A stretch of 64,000 nt of DNA from a virus. Within the stretch, counting starts at the first letter, position 1, and each line of letters opens with the position of its first letter. The notes below the pieces were generated by a model that did no database searches, was not told where the DNA came from, and saw only the letters and a list, made by a program, of their open reading frames with translations. Positions 58,812 to 64,000 of this stretch are shown one piece after another. The DNA lies in the IMG/VR virus record IMGVR_UViG_3300042879_003054; one strand, 5' to 3'. The position numbers and the translations under genes are program-made.

Positions 58812-59224
58812 CGGTCGTCAGCAGCACGGTTTTCAGAGAAATAAACATCAAAAGCACCTTCAGGATAACGCTTGAGAAGTTTTTGAACGTTACGAGCAAC
58901 TACGTCATCAATACTGACACCAAGTGACATACAAGCTTGAGCAACATACCACATAATGTCTCCAAGTTCAATAATCAGATGTTCTCGGTTATCTTCATTG
59001 AAAGGTTTTCCTTGGAAAATCATTTTTTTAATGATTTCAAGAAACTCCCCACCCTCGGCATTAATACCAACACCAGCAGTCAGGAGTCGTTCAATATTTG
59101 CACCCTTTTCATCCAGTGCAACAAGCCTATCAGACAAAGAAAGAAAGTCTTTAGATGCATCAGAAGTTACAGCATCCACAAACTCAGCATACTTATCAAA
59201 ATCTACGTGTTTAGCAGTTTCCAT
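58808..59224 (-). CDS. mazG: MazG nucleotide pyrophosphohydrolase
   Basis: AEGGE..E..KK, ELGD.MWY, N..KL..RYP. Confidence 0.93.
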   Translation of the reverse strand: METAKHVDFDKYAEFVDAVTSDASKDFLSLSDRLVALDEKGANIERLLTAGVGINAEGGEFLEIIKKMIFQGKPFNEDNREHLIIELGDIMWYVAQACMSLGVSIDDVVARNVQKLLKRYPEGAFDVYFSENRAADDR

Positions 59225-60600
59225 TAAAATTTAAATCCTTCAAACGACTTTTTAGGTTTCTTTTCTTCATAATTATACTCTTCCTCTTGTCCAGAGTCAA
59301 GTATATCCTTTTGAGCACTTTGTTCCACATCATAAAGACGCATTTTTGCTCTATCAATTCCAACTACAAATCTTTTATTCATTGTTGGGTCATTATATCT
59401 ATTCTTCAATTGTTTTACCATAATCTGCCCAAGTTGTTCCAACTCTTCTGTGCTAATAAGGGCAAACATAAGGTCAGCAGTAGCAGGAAGACCAAAGGAT
59501 TCACTAGTATCAGTAAGATCAGGATCGGAGCTAGAAAATCCACTACGAGTAGTTTGGGTAGCGGAAACAATTGGAACATTTGCCTCAACTGCAAGACCAC
59601 GAAGTTCTTCCGCAATTGCTTTAACATAAGAGTAAGAATTGACTGAAAAATTACTCTTATATCTTGAGGACCCACAAATATTAAGGTAGTCAATGAAAAT
59701 AATATCAGGCTTAAATGATTTCTTAAGAGAGAGTTCATTAAGAAGTGCTCTAAAATGACCTGCGTGTGCCGAAGCAGTTGGATACTCTTTGATAATCAGA
59801 GTTCCTTGTGTTTTCTTCGCAATATTATTTACTTTCGTATCAAACATTACTTTTGGCAATGTTTCAATATCTTTGATATTAACATTTAAGAGATTTGCGT
59901 CAATTCGTTCAGCAATTTTCTCCTCTGCCATTTCAAGCGTAATGTACAATACGTTCCGTCCTTGGAGCAACACGGAGCTAGCCACATGGCACATGAATAG
60001 AGATTTCCCGACACCTGTACCAGCAAGTGCGATATTAAGAGTTTTGTTAGGGATGCCCCCTTTGGTAATTTTGTTAAAATATTCCAAATCAAATGGAATT
60101 TTGTCTTCTTTCCTGTGATAAGAGTCATATCGTTCTTGGTAATCTTTTAGGTAATCGTGTCCAATGTGGCTATCAAATCCAATAGCAAGTGCTTCTTGTA
60201 AAATTGTTGGAATGGAATCTCTAGATTTCTTTTCATCTTGCCCGTCAGCAATTTTAATACTTTCCATAAGAGCAAGATAAATTGCTCGGTCTTTACACCA
60301 CTTTTCAGTAGTATCTACCAACCATTGTTTATCTGCTGGAGCATCATCAAGTTTAGAAATATAATCACAAATAATTTTGTAAGTATCTTCTGTAATATCA
60401 GTTCTTTTTTCTGTTTCAATCAAAAGAACTTCTTTTGTTGCTAGTTGTTCGTAAGCAACAATAAATTTACAAATCTCCTCAAAAACTACTTTCTCGTGAA
60501 GATTCTCAAAGTATTCATTTTTTATAAAAGGTAATACCTTTCTACAATAATCATTATTAAATAAGAGATTTCTAAGAATCGTAGTTTCAACTTTTTCCAT
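59224..60600 (-). CDS. replicative DNA helicase (gp41)
   Basis: AGTGVGKS, ITLEM, IDYLN, SATQ, SESFG, KQLKNRY. Confidence 0.96.
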   Translation of the reverse strand: MEKVETTILRNLLFNNDYCRKVLPFIKNEYFENLHEKVVFEEICKFIVAYEQLATKEVLLIETEKRTDITEDTYKIICDYISKLDDAPADKQWLVDTTEKWCKDRAIYLALMESIKIADGQDEKKSRDSIPTILQEALAIGFDSHIGHDYLKDYQERYDSYHRKEDKIPFDLEYFNKITKGGIPNKTLNIALAGTGVGKSLFMCHVASSVLLQGRNVLYITLEMAEEKIAERIDANLLNVNIKDIETLPKVMFDTKVNNIAKKTQGTLIIKEYPTASAHAGHFRALLNELSLKKSFKPDIIFIDYLNICGSSRYKSNFSVNSYSYVKAIAEELRGLAVEANVPIVSATQTTRSGFSSSDPDLTDTSESFGLPATADLMFALISTEELEQLGQIMVKQLKNRYNDPTMNKRFVVGIDRAKMRLYDVEQSAQKDILDSGQEEEYNYEEKKPKKSFEGFKF

Positions 60601-60611
60601 TTCTCCTCTAA

Positions 60612-61166
60612 CTATGGATTTTTTTTATGATGAGGCACATCAAATACAAAAGTAATTCTAACTTCATCACCAATATTTTCAGCACTATGGGGAAGTTTAT
60701 TATTGAACCAAAAGAAAGTTCCAGGTTCAACAATCATAGTTTCATCACCTACACTATACCTGTATTTTCCCTGAATGGAAAGGTGATATCTATCTTTCGT
60801 AAGATAATAAGTTCCTTCATCAATATGAGAACCTACTATTTCACCAATAGGCAAAGAAAGAAAAGCACAACGACGTATTTTCTTAAAATATGTCTTTAAG
60901 AATTTAAGAATTTCTGTGTGTTTTTCGTATGCTGGTGTTTGAATGCAAATTTCAGTATCACCAACATACTGACCTTCCTTTTCTATTCCTCCCATTATTA
61001 ATTGAAGAACGTCTACTGTAACAGTATATTTTGTTGGGTCAAGTTGTTTTATTTTTTTATCTTTAATATTTTTTTGTGAACCCCAATCTTCTGGATATTG
61101 TTTTATTTGTTCTAAAATTTTAGATACATCAATTCCAGTTTTTATGACCCGAATGTTTCTCATCAC
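60612..61166 (-). CDS. 2OG-Fe(II) oxygenase (Asp/Asn beta-hydroxylase-like)
   Basis: HID...RYH...WFNN...H...N...R. Confidence 0.85.
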   Translation of the reverse strand: MMRNIRVIKTGIDVSKILEQIKQYPEDWGSQKNIKDKKIKQLDPTKYTVTVDVLQLIMGGIEKEGQYVGDTEICIQTPAYEKHTEILKFLKTYFKKIRRCAFLSLPIGEIVGSHIDEGTYYLTKDRYHLSIQGKYRYSVGDETMIVEPGTFFWFNNKLPHSAENIGDEVRITFVFDVPHHKKNP

Positions 61167-62167
61167 CCATAAGAAAATTCTTTTTTTGCTGCTTCATCTA
61201 ATGCCTGCATTATTTCTGGCGTGAAGTACTTCTCTGGATTTTCATTAATAGTTTTTCCAAATTGAGTTGTACCATCTCCAATATCATAACGAGTTCCCAC
61301 CTTCTTAAAGATTTCATACTTTTCAGCAAGATCAAGAAGACCATAATACTTATCAAGACCACGTTCATCATAATACAAACGCACCTCCACTTCTTTATTT
61401 TCTTTACTCAAACGAGACTTTTGTGTCTTACATTTGATGATATTACCAACAACTTCTGTTCCATCCTTTTCTTTTTTCTTAGAAAGATAGATAATAGAAG
61501 ATGCTGCATATTTAAGACCAGAACCACCACTCATTTCTTTTGTAGGAACATATGATCCTACAACGTCATATGTATGATTGGTAACAATCATAGGAATCTT
61601 TGCTTGTCCTAATTTAAGAGTAAGCATTCTAAATGCACCCTTTACAAGTTGAGATTTAGTCATATCCCTAACTTGTTTATCATTTAGTGCATCTTCAATT
61701 TCTTTCTCAGTAGAAAGCATTCCCAAAGAATCAAGAACAAACATACAAGGTTTACGTTCACCTTCTTTTTTCTTTAGATATAAATCTACTGCCTTAAGTG
61801 CTTTACTTCTAAACTCTTCAATAGTAACAACATTAACTACAACAATTCTATTGATATCAAGACCACGACTTTGGAGTAATGATTTACTTACAGCAGCCTC
61901 AGTATCAAAGTAGAGACAATAACCATCGGGATTATTATTAAGAAAATTCTTAACCACAGCGAGAGAGAAGAAAGTCTTTCCAGTAGAAGACTCTCCAGCA
62001 ATAGCAGTAATCTTATTCCCAGATACACCACCAAATATGCTACCTGAAACCAGTGCATTAAAGATGTAAGAACCCGTGTCAACATAAGTCTCAGTCTCAT
62101 CAATATCAGAAGCAAGTTGTGTATACTCTCCTCCGATTTCTTTTACGATGTCTTTTAAAAAGTCCAT
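61163..62167 (-). CDS. uvsX: RecA-like recombinase
   Basis: [27 protein letters not shown]. Confidence 0.95.
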   Translation of the reverse strand: MDFLKDIVKEIGGEYTQLASDIDETETYVDTGSYIFNALVSGSIFGGVSGNKITAIAGESSTGKTFFSLAVVKNFLNNNPDGYCLYFDTEAAVSKSLLQSRGLDINRIVVVNVVTIEEFRSKALKAVDLYLKKKEGERKPCMFVLDSLGMLSTEKEIEDALNDKQVRDMTKSQLVKGAFRMLTLKLGQAKIPMIVTNHTYDVVGSYVPTKEMSGGSGLKYAASSIIYLSKKKEKDGTEVVGNIIKCKTQKSRLSKENKEVEVRLYYDERGLDKYYGLLDLAEKYEIFKKVGTRYDIGDGTTQFGKTINENPEKYFTPEIMQALDEAAKKEFSYG

Positions 62168-62285
62168 AATTATTTTTTCCTATTAAAATTAAATGTCCAT
62201 AATTTATTATACAACTGCTTTTCATCAGTTCTTTTAAGTAATTCTAAAATTTTTTTAAATTCACGTTCAGTAATCGGCAAATCCA

Positions 62286-64000
62286 TTAAGCAAAAAATGA
62301 TTCTAAAGTTAAAGTTTTTTCTATTCTCCAACCAATTGCGTCAAGAATAACTCTCATCGGTTCCAAAAATGCTTTATTAAATTGTAACTCATAATCAATA
62401 TATTTGTCCAATCCCAATTCTCTGGGAAATTCTTGAACATAAGATATTACATTCTCACGAATTGGATTAGGAAGTTTAAGATAACAAAATTTTATTTTTT
62501 CACCATTTTGGATTGTTGCATATTTTTTATCTAGTTTTTTCTCCTTAATTATATGGTTGTAAAGAAGAGCACCTCTAACGTGAATTGGTGTTCCTTTTCC
62601 ATAGATGGTATTAACTGCTTTATGTTTTACGACATCGTTTACAGTTCTTGGAAAAGAAATCTCTTCCACCGAAAGACTATTAAATTTTTTTCTTGATTGA
62701 TCAATATAATCAATCAAATCGTCTTCAGTCTTTGTCATAATAAGTTTAAGACCATCCTTAATCATTTGACGACAAGGTGCTGGTGTTGATGATTTGACTG
62801 CCTCAAGTCCCATAATCTTAAGTTTTGGTTGCTCATATCTAACTCCTTCAGAATCCCAAACATTAAGAATATATCTTTTCTTTGCAGTCCAGATTCCACG
62901 ATCAGCAATATTCTCTCGTTTCATTTGCATTTTTTGGTCGTAAGCATTTACATACTCTGCCAATTCTTGGTAAGAACTTTCAATATAAGGTTCAAGTTCC
63001 ATTTTGCAGATCTTATCAAGGAACCCAACAACTTTTTCACGAGTCGTCTCTCTTCCCTTGTATACATTTTCAACCAAAGGACCCATATTAAGATAAATGG
63101 AGTCGGTATCAGAAGCAATAACATAATCAATGTCTTTGGATTTTAATATCCTATTTAGATATTGATTCATTTTACTTTCAATCCAACGAATTGATACTTG
63201 TCCAGACAAAGTGATTGCCTCAGCATTTGCTAGTTTATAATAACGGAAATACTGATTACCGATAGCACCATAAGCAGAGTTCAAAGAAATCTTCTTTGCC
63301 ATCTGAATGTTGTTGCAACGAGCAATTTCTTTTTCCAATTCTTTAGTAGGAGTTTTTTCGTACTGCTGTTTAGCAGTAAGCATTTTCTTTTTAAAAACTA
63401 CTCTGTCATTATACATTTTCTCCATTAATTCAGGTAGAAACCCCCGAATATCTTTTCGGTATTGTGCCCCATTTGCACAAACACAAAAATCACCATTAAT
63501 ACTTATTTGCTTTCCAAGTATTCTCTCAACTGAAGCTGATGAGTGTCTGGTCTCAACGAGTGTTTCTGGAGAAATATTGTATTGCATAATAAGATGGGGA
63601 TAAAGGCTATTAAGGTCAAAACTGACCACCCAATTATAAATCCCAGGAATCGGTTCTTTGACATATGCTCCAGCAAATTTATCATCTTTTGATGATTTAT
63701 CTTTTGGGGGAATAACAATGTTACGTTTCTTAAGATAGTTGTAAATAATAGCATCCCAAGTTCTTACTTGATAAAACACATCATTATAATTAACTTTGGC
63801 ATCATATGCCATAGTCAAACACAATTCAATAAGTTTCATCTTATCTTCTAACTGGTCAACAAGCTCAACGTCCTTAATGTTATAATCAACAAACTTTTGC
63901 CAATCTTTTGTATAAAATTCTCGGAAAGTATCAAATTCTGAGTGGTCAAGTTTCTTTTGCCCCAATTCAACAAAAGCAATATGGTCAAGACGATATGATT
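62286..64000 (-). CDS. family B DNA polymerase (gp43), 5' part outside the window
   Basis: SFDLNSLYP, K..LNSAYG, SDTDS, KKRY. Confidence 0.97.
   Translation of the reverse strand, partial: SYRLDHIAFVELGQKKLDHSEFDTFREFYTKDWQKFVDYNIKDVELVDQLEDKMKLIELCLTMAYDAKVNYNDVFYQVRTWDAIIYNYLKKRNIVIPPKDKSSKDDKFAGAYVKEPIPGIYNWVVSFDLNSLYPHLIMQYNISPETLVETRHSSASVERILGKQISINGDFCVCANGAQYRKDIRGFLPELMEKMYNDRVVFKKKMLTAKQQYEKTPTKELEKEIARCNNIQMAKKISLNSAYGAIGNQYFRYYKLANAEAITLSGQVSIRWIESKMNQYLNRILKSKDIDYVIASDTDSIYLNMGPLVENVYKGRETTREKVVGFLDKICKMELEPYIESSYQELAEYVNAYDQKMQMKRENIADRGIWTAKKRYILNVWDSEGVRYEQPKLKIMGLEAVKSSTPAPCRQMIKDGLKLIMTKTEDDLIDYIDQSRKKFNSLSVEEISFPRTVNDVVKHKAVNTIYGKGTPIHVRGALLYNHIIKEKKLDKKYATIQNGEKIKFCYLKLPNPIRENVISYVQEFPRELGLDKYIDYELQFNKAFLEPMRVILDAIGWRIEKTLTLESFFA

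Noticed and set aside
306-63754. Many + strand and nested ORFs in the six-frame track (e.g. 1124..1777, 40193..40984, 50490..51065)
   Set aside because: Antisense or alternate-frame shadows of well-supported genes, with no motifs or expression signals
1-64000. Genome-wide stop-codon reassignment, tRNA genes
   Set aside because: TAA, TGA and TAG all end conserved genes at expected positions; no cloverleaf recognised by eye (tRNAscan not run)

Overview
64 kb of a large, AT-rich T4-like cyanophage (cyanomyovirus; a freshwater Synechococcus/Cyanobium-type host is an inference). Almost all genes lie on the - strand. From the right end: replication core (gp43 partial, uvsX, 2OG-Fe(II) oxygenase, gp41, mazG, cytidylyltransferase-like protein, gp61); nrdA fractured by a split intein with a GIY-YIG endonuclease between the halves; nrdB; tandem glutamine-riboswitch-like RNAs with small ORFs; large Glu/Lys-rich modular proteins; a lysozyme-like protein; an SLH porin; a ~17.4 kb glycan-biosynthesis island; hli genes; two cell-wall hydrolases; the only + strand operon (four putative exported/membrane proteins, interrupted by an antisense endonuclease); psbA and psbD with an EndoVII homing endonuclease and a terminase-ATPase-only gene between them; talC, gnd, glutaredoxin and thyX. 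No tRNA, rRNA or CRISPR array was recognised. Main leads: (1) the nrdA endonuclease promoter is flanked by inverted copies of the intein insertion-site flank; (2) the + strand cassette may build a surface fibre or pore; (3) a 50-codon ORF is nested inside a riboswitch aptamer; (4) modular proteins carry capsid-targeting-like leaders; (5) an in-frame TGA sits at a CxxC position in a gap-filling ORF. All family calls are from motif recognition by eye; no database search was run.
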